Made by a program: the position numbers and the translations under genes. DNA of 64,000 bases from Candidatus Latescibacterota bacterium (GTDB lineage: Bacteria > Latescibacterota > UBA2968 > UBA8231). The stretch covers positions 2,816,001-2,880,000 of the forward strand of contig OZ242005.1 of the NCBI GenBank assembly GCA_965204725.1, in the 5' to 3' direction. The notes beneath the pieces were generated by a model. The model made no database searches. It saw only the letters and a list, made by a program, of their open reading frames with translations, and was not told the origin of the DNA. This document shows, piece by piece, positions 27,563 through 36,180 of this stretch; position 1 is the first letter of the stretch; the number at the start of each line of letters is the position of its first letter.

Positions 27563-30250
27563 CTACTGCAAGCCGGCGTATAGCGTGACAAAGGTCTCGG
27601 TCGTGGTTGCGGGCGCGGCCTCCGCAAACGCTTTGCGCTCTACCACAAAGCCGGCCAACGCCGCGATCCGGTAGCCCAAATAGGCCGACTCAGTCTCCAA
27701 CTGCAAGGCCCAACTCAGGGAGTCGAAATTTTCCGCCTCGCGGTTGAAGTCCTTGAACAGCGCGTACTCAACGCCGGCTTGAAGGCGCGTGGCTTGCAAT
27801 AGTTGCGTTTCCAAAAGTAGCGAGAACAGCTCTATCAGCGTCGTGCGATTGTCTTGGTCAAACAGCGACCGGTTCTGCTGACGCCACTCGCTCTTCCAAC
27901 GCGGCGATAGGGTCAGCCCGCGCCAAGTGTGGCGATAGCTGGCCTTGTTGATCAAGCCAAAGAAAAAGTCCGTCGCATCGCGCTGCCGCTGCGCGAAGAA
28001 GACCCCGTGCAGCTTGCTCATCACCAACAGCGCGTCGCTCGTCAGGCTGTGGCCAGCGAACAGCTGGTGGACCCAAGCATCGCGGGCTAGGAGCGGATCG
28101 TCGATGGGGACGAGCTGGCCGCCGCGCAGCGTGTTGTCGGGTTGCCACTGCAAAATTGGATCGGGAATGTCGTCTTGCACCAACTGGCTCATCTCGAAAA
28201 GCCGCACCCGCCCCACCCGCGGCCACGCGCGCTCGTAGCTCAACTGCCAGTACGTGCTGTGGTTTTTGCGATCCGCCGAAATTTGCTCCTCGCGCAAGGC
28301 CCCCACCTTGAGTTGCCAATACCGACTCAGGTCGATGCCCCCATAGACATTGAACCCTTGCTGATCGCGGCGGTAGGGGTAGTCCGGCTCGGTGTCGTTT
28401 TCGTATAGATCGACCCAGAAGTTGTGGTTCATATCCACGCCGAAGAGGAACTCCGGCCGATCGACCAAGAAGCGGAGGAAAGGCTCCTCGTAATCTGGAA
28501 CGGCATTGGCCTTGACCCGGTTGTCGTTTTGGTTGAAGTCGGGCACTAAGTCGTTGTTGAGGTCCCAGCCGGGAAAGACTAAGCGGTCGTTGACCAAAAA
28601 ATCCGCGCGGAATCCATCGGGAAAGCGATCTTGATCGTCGTTGTCTTCCACTAAGTCAAAGCGGTTGCCCTGCCGGGCGTAATCGAGGCCCGAGGCGGTG
28701 GTGACAAAAGACTGGGTGTTGTAGCGCGGGTCAATCGAATACACTTCTCCGAACAGCGACAGCCGCCCCAAGTGCTTGCTCAGGTTCGCCATCCACGCTG
28801 GCGCGCTTTCGCGCCCGCCAATGCCCGCCGAGGAAGTGTGCGTCTCCTCGGCGACGTTGGGATACTTGCGGAAGCTCCAGCTCAGGTCGTATTCGCCATA
28901 TAGGTCAAAGCCGAGCACATTTTCCACCTTGATCGTGGCGCCGGCGACGGTCGTAGCCGTCGGCAGCCCGTAGGCAAAGCGGACCGTGCGCAGATTGGAT
29001 AGGTCCTGCACATTCCCCTCGGCCTGCGCCGTCAGCAAGAAGACCGGATCTTCTACATCCGCGCCGAAGACGTCGCCCAAGCTGATGGAGCGCTCGCCCG
29101 TCCGACTAAACGAGCTCGATGGCCGACCGACTGTTACAAAGCCGCCGCCCTCTCCCAACTGCTGGTCCGAACTCATCCATATCTGGTAGTCGTTGGCCAA
29201 GACGAGGCGAAATTCCACTGCCGAGATCTCGGACTTATCGGCCGAGGCGCGGTTGACAAACGACGGGCTGTCAAAGTCGTAGAGCAGGCTGATTTGCCCG
29301 TCGCCATCGGCGGTGAGAAACCCCTGCCGCTCTAGGCCGCCGCTGATCACCGGACCAAAGCGAATGTCGCGGCCCGACTCCACCGTGCCGTCGCGGTAGG
29401 TGATAATCACGTCCGAGGCGTCTGGGAAGTACGCTGCGCCGCCGCGGCCGTCTCCGGGCGAGTCGTCCCGCAAGGCGATTGCGATCTGGGATACGGTCGC
29501 GTTTTGCTGCTTGTTCAGCCCGCCTTTATACAGCGTTTCTACGAGCTGATCCGACTCGCTGTTGGTCTGATGGGCGTTGACCGCGTGTAGGCCCAACTCC
29601 ACGAAATCCCCGAGCTGGGCCGCAAACCGCCCTCCCACGAGGGAGGTCGCGTCCGTAAAGCGACTCTCTTCCTCCTGCAAGCCGCGCGGCCCGGTAATCA
29701 GCGAGTGGAGAAAGGTCAGTTGGTACTTGTCGGTGGCGAGGTCCATCTGCAAGCCGTTTAGGCGCGGCTTGGAAAACGACAGCGGCGTCAAGGTGGTCCG
29801 CAGGTTGTTGCTCACCGTCAGTGCGTAGTGGTATTGGCCCTTGTGGTCGCCGGCGATGACCAGTTCGTTGAACCACTGCGCGAACCGCTCGGTCTTGAAC
29901 AGGGAGCTACCGGCCTCTTGGGGCCGCGTCTGCGCCGTATTAAAAATGAGCCAGCCCTGAGTCAGGTAATTCCCGTACAGATCGTAGAAGTAATCGCCCT
30001 CCAAGTCGATGTTCACGTAGCGCTGATACGGCAGCCGCGCGCGGTTGGTGTACTCCCACTGCCGCCATGGGTATTCGGCGAACATCACCTGCGGCACGTA
30101 CCAGCGCCGCGTGGCCGGGTCGAGGGCGTCGAGGTACACCTCCGGGCTTCGCGCTACTTCCCGTTGCCATGCCCAGGCCCAGTCGGCAAAAACGAGGCCG
30201 AGCACTGCGACGCCGAGGAAGGTCCAAGGCTGTTTTGTCACGCCGCTCAT
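27563..30250 (-). CDS. Large secreted/outer-membrane protein, family A copy 1 (predicted beta-barrel, Asp-rich repeats)
   Basis: Signal peptide; conserved RRWYVPQ...WRQWEYTN...LEGDYFYDLYG; DNDDQDRFPD, DLNNDLVPDFNQND, DMNHNFWVD; amphipathic strands ending TFVTLYAGLQ. Confidence 0.7.
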   Translation of the reverse strand: MSGVTKQPWTFLGVAVLGLVFADWAWAWQREVARSPEVYLDALDPATRRWYVPQVMFAEYPWRQWEYTNRARLPYQRYVNIDLEGDYFYDLYGNYLTQGWLIFNTAQTRPQEAGSSLFKTERFAQWFNELVIAGDHKGQYHYALTVSNNLRTTLTPLSFSKPRLNGLQMDLATDKYQLTFLHSLITGPRGLQEEESRFTDATSLVGGRFAAQLGDFVELGLHAVNAHQTNSESDQLVETLYKGGLNKQQNATVSQIAIALRDDSPGDGRGGAAYFPDASDVIITYRDGTVESGRDIRFGPVISGGLERQGFLTADGDGQISLLYDFDSPSFVNRASADKSEISAVEFRLVLANDYQIWMSSDQQLGEGGGFVTVGRPSSSFSRTGERSISLGDVFGADVEDPVFLLTAQAEGNVQDLSNLRTVRFAYGLPTATTVAGATIKVENVLGFDLYGEYDLSWSFRKYPNVAEETHTSSAGIGGRESAPAWMANLSKHLGRLSLFGEVYSIDPRYNTQSFVTTASGLDYARQGNRFDLVEDNDDQDRFPDGFRADFLVNDRLVFPGWDLNNDLVPDFNQNDNRVKANAVPDYEEPFLRFLVDRPEFLFGVDMNHNFWVDLYENDTEPDYPYRRDQQGFNVYGGIDLSRYWQLKVGALREEQISADRKNHSTYWQLSYERAWPRVGRVRLFEMSQLVQDDIPDPILQWQPDNTLRGGQLVPIDDPLLARDAWVHQLFAGHSLTSDALLVMSKLHGVFFAQRQRDATDFFFGLINKASYRHTWRGLTLSPRWKSEWRQQNRSLFDQDNRTTLIELFSLLLETQLLQATRLQAGVEYALFKDFNREAENFDSLSWALQLETESAYLGYRIAALAGFVVERKAFAEAAPATTTETFVTLYAGLQ

Positions 30251-30265
30251 TGTAGCTAAGTCCGT

Positions 30266-30958
30266 CTAAAATTGGTACGAGTAATACAGTGCTATGCCTC
30301 GCTCTTGGGCATAAGCTGCAACATCGGGCGATGAAATCATGTGCGTGACCAAAACGGCAAATACATCCTCGAATAGCGGCTCGAGACGAGTGAGCCGGCC
30401 TTGGATGAAATGGTCGATGTTCTTGGCGGACAACTGGCTCTTGCTTTCGCCAATTACGACCACCGCGCGCCCATCCCTGCGCCCTCGACCGAAGATGTTG
30501 ACCTCAACGGGATACCCTCTGTCGGTTGTGAGGTACGTGCGAATGAGCCGGTCCTCCACCTCAATCCCATGATCGGTCTTGAGGAGTGCCGGCAGAGCGC
30601 GATAGGCTTCGTTTTCGAGGATGTACCCTACGGTATGCGAGAGGCCGCCGAGTTGTTTGCGCGTTTCGTCGTGCGCTTCTGTCAGTTTTTTGAGTGCCTC
30701 TTCGGTCCCCGCTTGGGCGGCCGCCAGTCGGTCGAGCGTGGCTTCGACCCGGTCCATGCGGTTTTCCACGCCTTCCAACCGCTCCTCTGCCCGCGCTTGG
30801 GCGACGGCGAGGGCTTTGACCGCATCCTTGAGGTCCTCCATGTCAACGGAGGTGGCCAAGCCGACGTGGAGCTCACTCAACAGGCCGGTGAGGACGTCGG
30901 CCTGCGCTTGGGTAAACGCCCCGCCTAATCTGCGTTTGACGTCGTCTGTGTTTAACAT
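30266..30958 (-). CDS. Coiled-coil protein with C-terminal PD-(D/E)XK-like domain (DUF3782-like)
   Basis: Heptads LAVAQARAEERL / LAAAQAGTEEAL; LGGLSHTVGYILE; EVNIFG...IGESKSQL. Confidence 0.7.
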   Translation of the reverse strand: MLNTDDVKRRLGGAFTQAQADVLTGLLSELHVGLATSVDMEDLKDAVKALAVAQARAEERLEGVENRMDRVEATLDRLAAAQAGTEEALKKLTEAHDETRKQLGGLSHTVGYILENEAYRALPALLKTDHGIEVEDRLIRTYLTTDRGYPVEVNIFGRGRRDGRAVVVIGESKSQLSAKNIDHFIQGRLTRLEPLFEDVFAVLVTHMISSPDVAAYAQERGIALYYSYQF

Positions 30959-31035
30959 GGCTTTTTCCTTGTGACACCGGGTATTCGGCTCTCAGTTATA
31001 CTTACAGGGCCGCTAGTCAATGTCAAGTCTCCAGC

Positions 31036-33075
31036 CTAGTACGCCACGCCTATCGCGCCGTTGGCTACTTCGCGGCCCTTGTCGGTGTCCCAATCGAGTT
31101 GATAGAGGTACAGGCCGGGCGGCACGAGTGCGCCCTCTGCGTCGAGCCCGTTCCAAGTTTGGGCAAAGCTGCCACTGCCGGCGTTCGCCGCGCTTTGGCG
31201 CACTAGGCGGCCGGATAGGTCGTAGATCCGCAAGCGGATCGGCCGCCGGCTTTCCAAATCGCGCAACTCATAAGCAATCGCGACGTGGTCGTTGACGCCG
31301 TCGCCGTTGGGCGTAAAGGTCGCGGGCGTGGCTTGGACGCTGCTGATGAGGCCGCCGCCCATGGGCGTGCGCACCGATACCACATCGCCGCCAAAGCGGA
31401 ACGTCGCGTTGCCCGGGGCGACCTGCTGCTTGAGCTCGGGTTCGGTGCTGTCGTACACCCAGCTTCTGAAGTCCGCGCCAAAGCGCAAGACCTTGGCGTC
31501 GAAGACGACCTCGATCCGCTTCTCGTTGTCGCGCGGCCCCACCAAGCGGTCGAAGCCGACGATCAGGCGGTCGTCTTGAATCTCGGGCGGGAAGCGGTCG
31601 CTGATCTCCGCGCCGTCAATGAGCACGGAATGCACCCGCTCGACCGGGATCTGGGTAAAAATTTCCAGCCGGTCAAAGCCCAAGTCGCGGGCGCGCAAGA
31701 CCGGGCGCACCACATAAGTAAAGGTCGTGGCCGCAAAGCTCTCCGTGGCAATGGGCCAGATCTCCCCAACCACCTCTTGGGCTACCGGGTCCTCGGAAAA
31801 CAGCAGGGACAGGTCGTCGATGCGCGGGGCCGCGTCGGCGCGGGCGAACAGGACGGCCTCTAGCTGGAAGTAGCGCGCCGGACTCGGCGAGAGGACGGGC
31901 GTACCGTCTTGCCACCGGTCGGCCGGCAGTTCGACCTGCCGCAGCCCCGCAGCGAACTCGTAGGGCGCCGACCAAAGGCTCCAATTTTCTAGGTCGTAGC
32001 CCAATTCCACGTCGTCCCACCGCCGGCGGCCGAGCTGGGTCAGGTATTCGTCGAGGGTCGATACTTCGAGGGTCCCGGTGGGGCCGATGGTGCGATAGAC
32101 GTTCGGCTGCGGCGTGTTGCCCGTGCGGGTGCGGAGCAAAAGCTGGGTTCCCGCGGGCACCTCGCCTTGCCAGCGAACCTTGCTCCACGCAACCTCGCGG
32201 CCAAAATCCAGAATCGGAGTGCGGTAAGTAGTCCGGGTCACAAAGCCCTCGCCATAGACTTCAAACTCGGCGATTTCCCAATCGCGCTCGGGGTCGAGCG
32301 GGCGAATGGCAATCCACTTGAGGTCGCGGGTGGGGAAGCGCAAATCCACCACCACGTCGAGGCTTTCGCGGTTGCGCGCCAAGATGTCAAAGGCCGGGTC
32401 ATTGGGTGCGCCCAAGGCCGCGTCGATAACCATGTACCAACGCTTGCCGCGCTGGCTGCGGTCGAAGTTGCTGTCCCAAAACGGCGCAGTGTGGTTGGCC
32501 ACGCCGATTTCGTACCAAGCCAAGTGGTTGTCCTCAAACCGAGGCCGGGGGAAGAAGCGGATGCGGTTGATGGGCAGCTCAGCCCCCAAGTGCATGACGT
32601 TGTTTTTGACCACGCCGGGGTTGTTGCGGCCGGCCAAGCGCGGCGGCTCGGGCACTCGCACCAGCATGGCGGTCGTCGGATCGCCGTCGATGAGAAACTG
32701 CAAGGGCTGGGAGTCGGTTACTAAGTGCGTACCGCCGTAGATACTGGCCGTGTAAAAGTGCCCTTGGCGTTCCTTGATTGACAGGGCCAAGTTCTCGCTC
32801 GGATCGATATACACCGGGCGCAGGCCGCCCGCGGCAAAGTCGATCAACGTATCGACGCCCGCGGTGTTGAAGCGCACGCTGACCTCTTCGGCTACCGCGC
32901 CAATGGTCACCTCCTCGACGATGCGGCCCTCGGCGTCGAGCAGCGCGTACGAAGCCGTCTGCTCGGCGATCAGTGCCTGCCAAGAATTGCCGTCCGCGCC
33001 GCCGAGGCGGAACTCACCGCGACCCCAAGCCCCGGTAGTTAGGACCGCTATTAGTAAGCCTAGCCGCTGGAACAT
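31036..33075 (-). CDS. Secreted protein with discoidin-like region and FlgD-Ig/CTD C-terminus (short type)
   Basis: Signal peptide; LIDGDPTT, IAEFEVYGEGF, W..WS.PY, SPSPARYFQ, GEIWP; FTPNGDGVND...IYDLSGRLVR...WNG...VPPGLY...GVAY-stop. Confidence 0.75.
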   Translation of the reverse strand: MFQRLGLLIAVLTTGAWGRGEFRLGGADGNSWQALIAEQTASYALLDAEGRIVEEVTIGAVAEEVSVRFNTAGVDTLIDFAAGGLRPVYIDPSENLALSIKERQGHFYTASIYGGTHLVTDSQPLQFLIDGDPTTAMLVRVPEPPRLAGRNNPGVVKNNVMHLGAELPINRIRFFPRPRFEDNHLAWYEIGVANHTAPFWDSNFDRSQRGKRWYMVIDAALGAPNDPAFDILARNRESLDVVVDLRFPTRDLKWIAIRPLDPERDWEIAEFEVYGEGFVTRTTYRTPILDFGREVAWSKVRWQGEVPAGTQLLLRTRTGNTPQPNVYRTIGPTGTLEVSTLDEYLTQLGRRRWDDVELGYDLENWSLWSAPYEFAAGLRQVELPADRWQDGTPVLSPSPARYFQLEAVLFARADAAPRIDDLSLLFSEDPVAQEVVGEIWPIATESFAATTFTYVVRPVLRARDLGFDRLEIFTQIPVERVHSVLIDGAEISDRFPPEIQDDRLIVGFDRLVGPRDNEKRIEVVFDAKVLRFGADFRSWVYDSTEPELKQQVAPGNATFRFGGDVVSVRTPMGGGLISSVQATPATFTPNGDGVNDHVAIAYELRDLESRRPIRLRIYDLSGRLVRQSAANAGSGSFAQTWNGLDAEGALVPPGLYLYQLDWDTDKGREVANGAIGVAY

Positions 33076-33088
33076 GATGGTCTCCTCC

Positions 33089-35137
33089 TTAGTACGCTAC
33101 GCATACGGGCCGCACCGTCTGCCCGCTGCGCGCGTCTCCGGCCACTTCGAGCCGCACCAAGTAGATGCCGGGGGCGACGCGCTGGCCCCGCTCGTCGGTG
33201 CCGTCCCAATGTACGGCGTCGTACACCCCGTTTTGTCCTTCGGCGTCGAAGAGGCGGCGCACCCGCCGGCCGCCTACATCCCACAGCTCAATCGCGATCC
33301 GCGCTTTGCCGATGACCGCCAGCACCTCAAAGCGCACGTCGAGGATGTCGTTCACTCCGTCCCCATTGGGCGTCAAGACGTTGCTGCCGAGGGCGAACCG
33401 GCCAATCAAGCTGCCTTCGTTCACCGCACGGCTCAGCACCGTCGTCCCCGATTCGGTCGGCACATCCCCTTCCGCCAAAAAGGCCGCGTCGCCCGGGGTA
33501 ATGCCCTGAAAGGCATCCTCTGCTAGCAGCAGGGCGCGGCCGCCAAAGCGGGTGCTAAAGGCCAGCACTCGGCTGACGAAGTGGATTTTCAGCACGGCGT
33601 CGTGCTGGTTGATGGCCGGGAAACGCACCGCAAAGCGCTGGTCGTCAATGGCGGTGATAGCGACCTCGCCTTCGGCTGTGACCCCATCGGTCACGGCAAA
33701 GGCGTGGTCGAGTACCGGTTGGCCGCTGGCGTCGATGATTTCGATTCGCTCGACGCGGCTGACGCGACTCGGAGTAAACACCTCAAAGCTGTTGAAGCCC
33801 TGCGCGTGATCGCTTTCCATCACCGCCCGCACTGCGTATGCAAAGGGCACGTCGGCGGCGGCCGGCACCTCGCGCGGGAAAATCTCGCCGATGAGGGCGT
33901 CGGCCAGCGGTGGCGAGGAAAATTCGAGGCCGATCTGCTCGATGATGTGGCTGGCTTCCAAGTGCTGGCTCTGAAATTCCACGCGAAATTGGAAGTAGCG
34001 GCTCGGGCCGGGCGAGAGAATCTGTGTGCCCGCAGCCAGATCCTCCAGCGAGTAAGGCGAGGTCCACGGACTCCAGTTTGCCAAGTCGTCGCGCACCGAG
34101 CCGCGCTCCCAATCGTCGCCCTGACGCCCGCGCTCGGGCAGCTTTAAGTACTCTCGGCGCAGCAACGGCTCGCCCGGGTCGCTCGCGGACGACGGGATCT
34201 CGGGGGCGTCTTGCAGGCCCACCTGCTTGCGGGTGTATGCCAAGGGACTGGGGTCGTGGCCGCTCCGGGTGCGCAACTGCATGTCGGCTAGGTCCGCCGC
34301 GCCTACTTGCTGCTGCAAGGTGCGGATGAGGCCCCAGTTGGCCGGGCTGCCCATGTCGATGATCGGCGAGATGTAGCGCGCTGTCGGGAAAAACCCCTCG
34401 CCAAAGACTTGGAGTTTTTCGATCTCAAAGGGAATGGCCGACGTGGCTCGCAGGCGGATGAAGCGAATGTAGCGCGGCGGGTTGATGGGCACTTGGGTGA
34501 TCGGGTCGCTGTTGTTGTTGAGCACGGTATAGGTTTCCCATATAGGGTTGCCCGAGCTGGTCAGCACCAAGCCGTCGTTGATCTCCACTTCAAAGTTTTT
34601 CAAAAAGTCGTTCTGAAAGGGGGTGCCGGGCGAGGAAAAGACCGTGTTGCGAGGAAAAAAGCGCAGCCGGTTGACCCCAAAGCGCGCGCCGAGGTCGAGA
34701 ATGAGTTGGGTCCCCGAGATGTCGTCCTCTTTGCGCTCGAATGCCTGCCCGGTCGGCTCGGCCGCGAGCATGTCCTCGAAAATCACCTGTAGCTGCAAGG
34801 CGGTCAGGTCAAAGACGGTCGGTGCGCGCAGCGAGCCGCCGCGCTCCAGTGCCTCGGTGGCCAAGTTCTGCTCGGCCCCCACTCGCCGCGGCAGGATGCT
34901 GCCCGGAAAATCCGCGCTGTCGAACTCGATTAAGTCGGCCGGCGCATGGCCGATTTCGGTGACGTTAGGGTCGAGAAAGGAGCGGTGCTCGGGCCGAATA
35001 GTCGAGATGCCCTCGGCCCCTTCGACGCGCCCGGTCCACGAGATTTGCCCGTCCTGCCCGATGAGCAAGACTTGTCGAGCCGCCAGCGGTTGCACCCAGC
35101 ACACCGTTAGGACTCCAATCAGTAGCGCGGCTTTCAT
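33089..35137 (-). CDS. Secreted protein with FlgD-Ig/CTD C-terminus (short type)
   Basis: Signal peptide; DLGARFGVNRLRFFP, QVFGEGF, SPGPSRYFQ, GEIFP, LTPNGDGVND...WDG...VAPGIY...CVAY-stop. Confidence 0.75.
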   Translation of the reverse strand: MKAALLIGVLTVCWVQPLAARQVLLIGQDGQISWTGRVEGAEGISTIRPEHRSFLDPNVTEIGHAPADLIEFDSADFPGSILPRRVGAEQNLATEALERGGSLRAPTVFDLTALQLQVIFEDMLAAEPTGQAFERKEDDISGTQLILDLGARFGVNRLRFFPRNTVFSSPGTPFQNDFLKNFEVEINDGLVLTSSGNPIWETYTVLNNNSDPITQVPINPPRYIRFIRLRATSAIPFEIEKLQVFGEGFFPTARYISPIIDMGSPANWGLIRTLQQQVGAADLADMQLRTRSGHDPSPLAYTRKQVGLQDAPEIPSSASDPGEPLLRREYLKLPERGRQGDDWERGSVRDDLANWSPWTSPYSLEDLAAGTQILSPGPSRYFQFRVEFQSQHLEASHIIEQIGLEFSSPPLADALIGEIFPREVPAAADVPFAYAVRAVMESDHAQGFNSFEVFTPSRVSRVERIEIIDASGQPVLDHAFAVTDGVTAEGEVAITAIDDQRFAVRFPAINQHDAVLKIHFVSRVLAFSTRFGGRALLLAEDAFQGITPGDAAFLAEGDVPTESGTTVLSRAVNEGSLIGRFALGSNVLTPNGDGVNDILDVRFEVLAVIGKARIAIELWDVGGRRVRRLFDAEGQNGVYDAVHWDGTDERGQRVAPGIYLVRLEVAGDARSGQTVRPVCVAY

Positions 35138-36180
35138 GGCATTTTCCCAGACAATTGTTTCAGCAAGACGTCCCGCTCGGTTTGGACGCGCGCGGCGATT
35201 GTGGCATGCTGCTTTTGGCGCTGGTACTGGGCAAACGCCGCCTGGGCGGCTCGTTCCTCACCTAGCAATCCGTGGAGCTTGCTGAGGAAGAAATGCACCC
35301 GGTAGTCATCCGGGGTGGCCTCGGCCAGCGCGGCAACGCGGGCGAGGGCCTCGCGGTAACGCCCCTGCCAGAACAGCAGCTTGCCCAGCCCCCACAAATC
35401 GGTGCTTGAATCGGGCCTTTCCGCGAGCGCGGCCGCGAGCTGCTCTTCCGCCTTTTGTATGGCTTCCTCCCCGACCAGCTTTTGCTGCCGCCACCAGCCC
35501 TCCACCCTTGCGCGGCCCAACTCGCCGCGGCGGCGGTCCATCTCAATGAGGAGATCCGCCAGCCCCAAGGCTGCTTGCCGCGCATAGTGCTTTTGTCCCA
35601 ACAGCTCGACGTAGGCCGCAATCGCTGGTTCGGCTTGGCCTTCGGCCTCGTACATGCGCGCTAGCTGATAACGAGCCCGGCTGCTGTCGGGACGCAGCAC
35701 TAGCAAGTCGCCGTAGGATTGGGCCGCGCTCTGCAAGTCGCCGCTCAGGCTCTGTGCGTCGCCCAACCGGCCGAGCAACGCGGCCGGGTCGCCACCTTGG
35801 TCGAGCAAGGTCCGGTAGAGGCTGACGGCAGCGGCTGGCTGCCCGGCATCTACATAGCGGGCCGCCAGCAACTCCTGCGCTCGACGCTCTTCGGGCCAGC
35901 GCGTCAACAATTCGCGGTACGCGGTAATGGCCTTGCCGGGTTCGTCCTTTTCGCCGTAGAGTGCTCCGAGCGCGTAATAGGCTGCGGGAAAATCAACCCC
36001 TGCGGCGACCGCACTCCTGAACTCGCGCAGGGCATTGGCCCGCATGCCCTGCTCTTGGTATGCGCGACCCGACCAGTAGTGCTGCTCTCCTTGCGACCTG
36101 CCATCGCAGGCGTTGAGACCAATACTGAGCGCGATTAGCCAGAGATACGCGACCCCACCAGCTATGGCTAGGGGGCGCAT
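35134..36180 (-). CDS. Tetratricopeptide repeat protein, probable lipoprotein
   Basis: Hydrophobic N-terminus ending LNAC; multiple TPR helices (AYYALGALY, ARYQLARMY, LWGLGKLL). Confidence 0.82.
   Translation of the reverse strand: MRPLAIAGGVAYLWLIALSIGLNACDGRSQGEQHYWSGRAYQEQGMRANALREFRSAVAAGVDFPAAYYALGALYGEKDEPGKAITAYRELLTRWPEERRAQELLAARYVDAGQPAAAVSLYRTLLDQGGDPAALLGRLGDAQSLSGDLQSAAQSYGDLLVLRPDSSRARYQLARMYEAEGQAEPAIAAYVELLGQKHYARQAALGLADLLIEMDRRRGELGRARVEGWWRQQKLVGEEAIQKAEEQLAAALAERPDSSTDLWGLGKLLFWQGRYREALARVAALAEATPDDYRVHFFLSKLHGLLGEERAAQAAFAQYQRQKQHATIAARVQTERDVLLKQLSGKMP

Noticed and set aside
27563-30250. SusC/TonB-dependent receptor call for family A
   Set aside because: No recognisable TonB box, plug motif or terminal Phe, and no SusD-like partner recognised.
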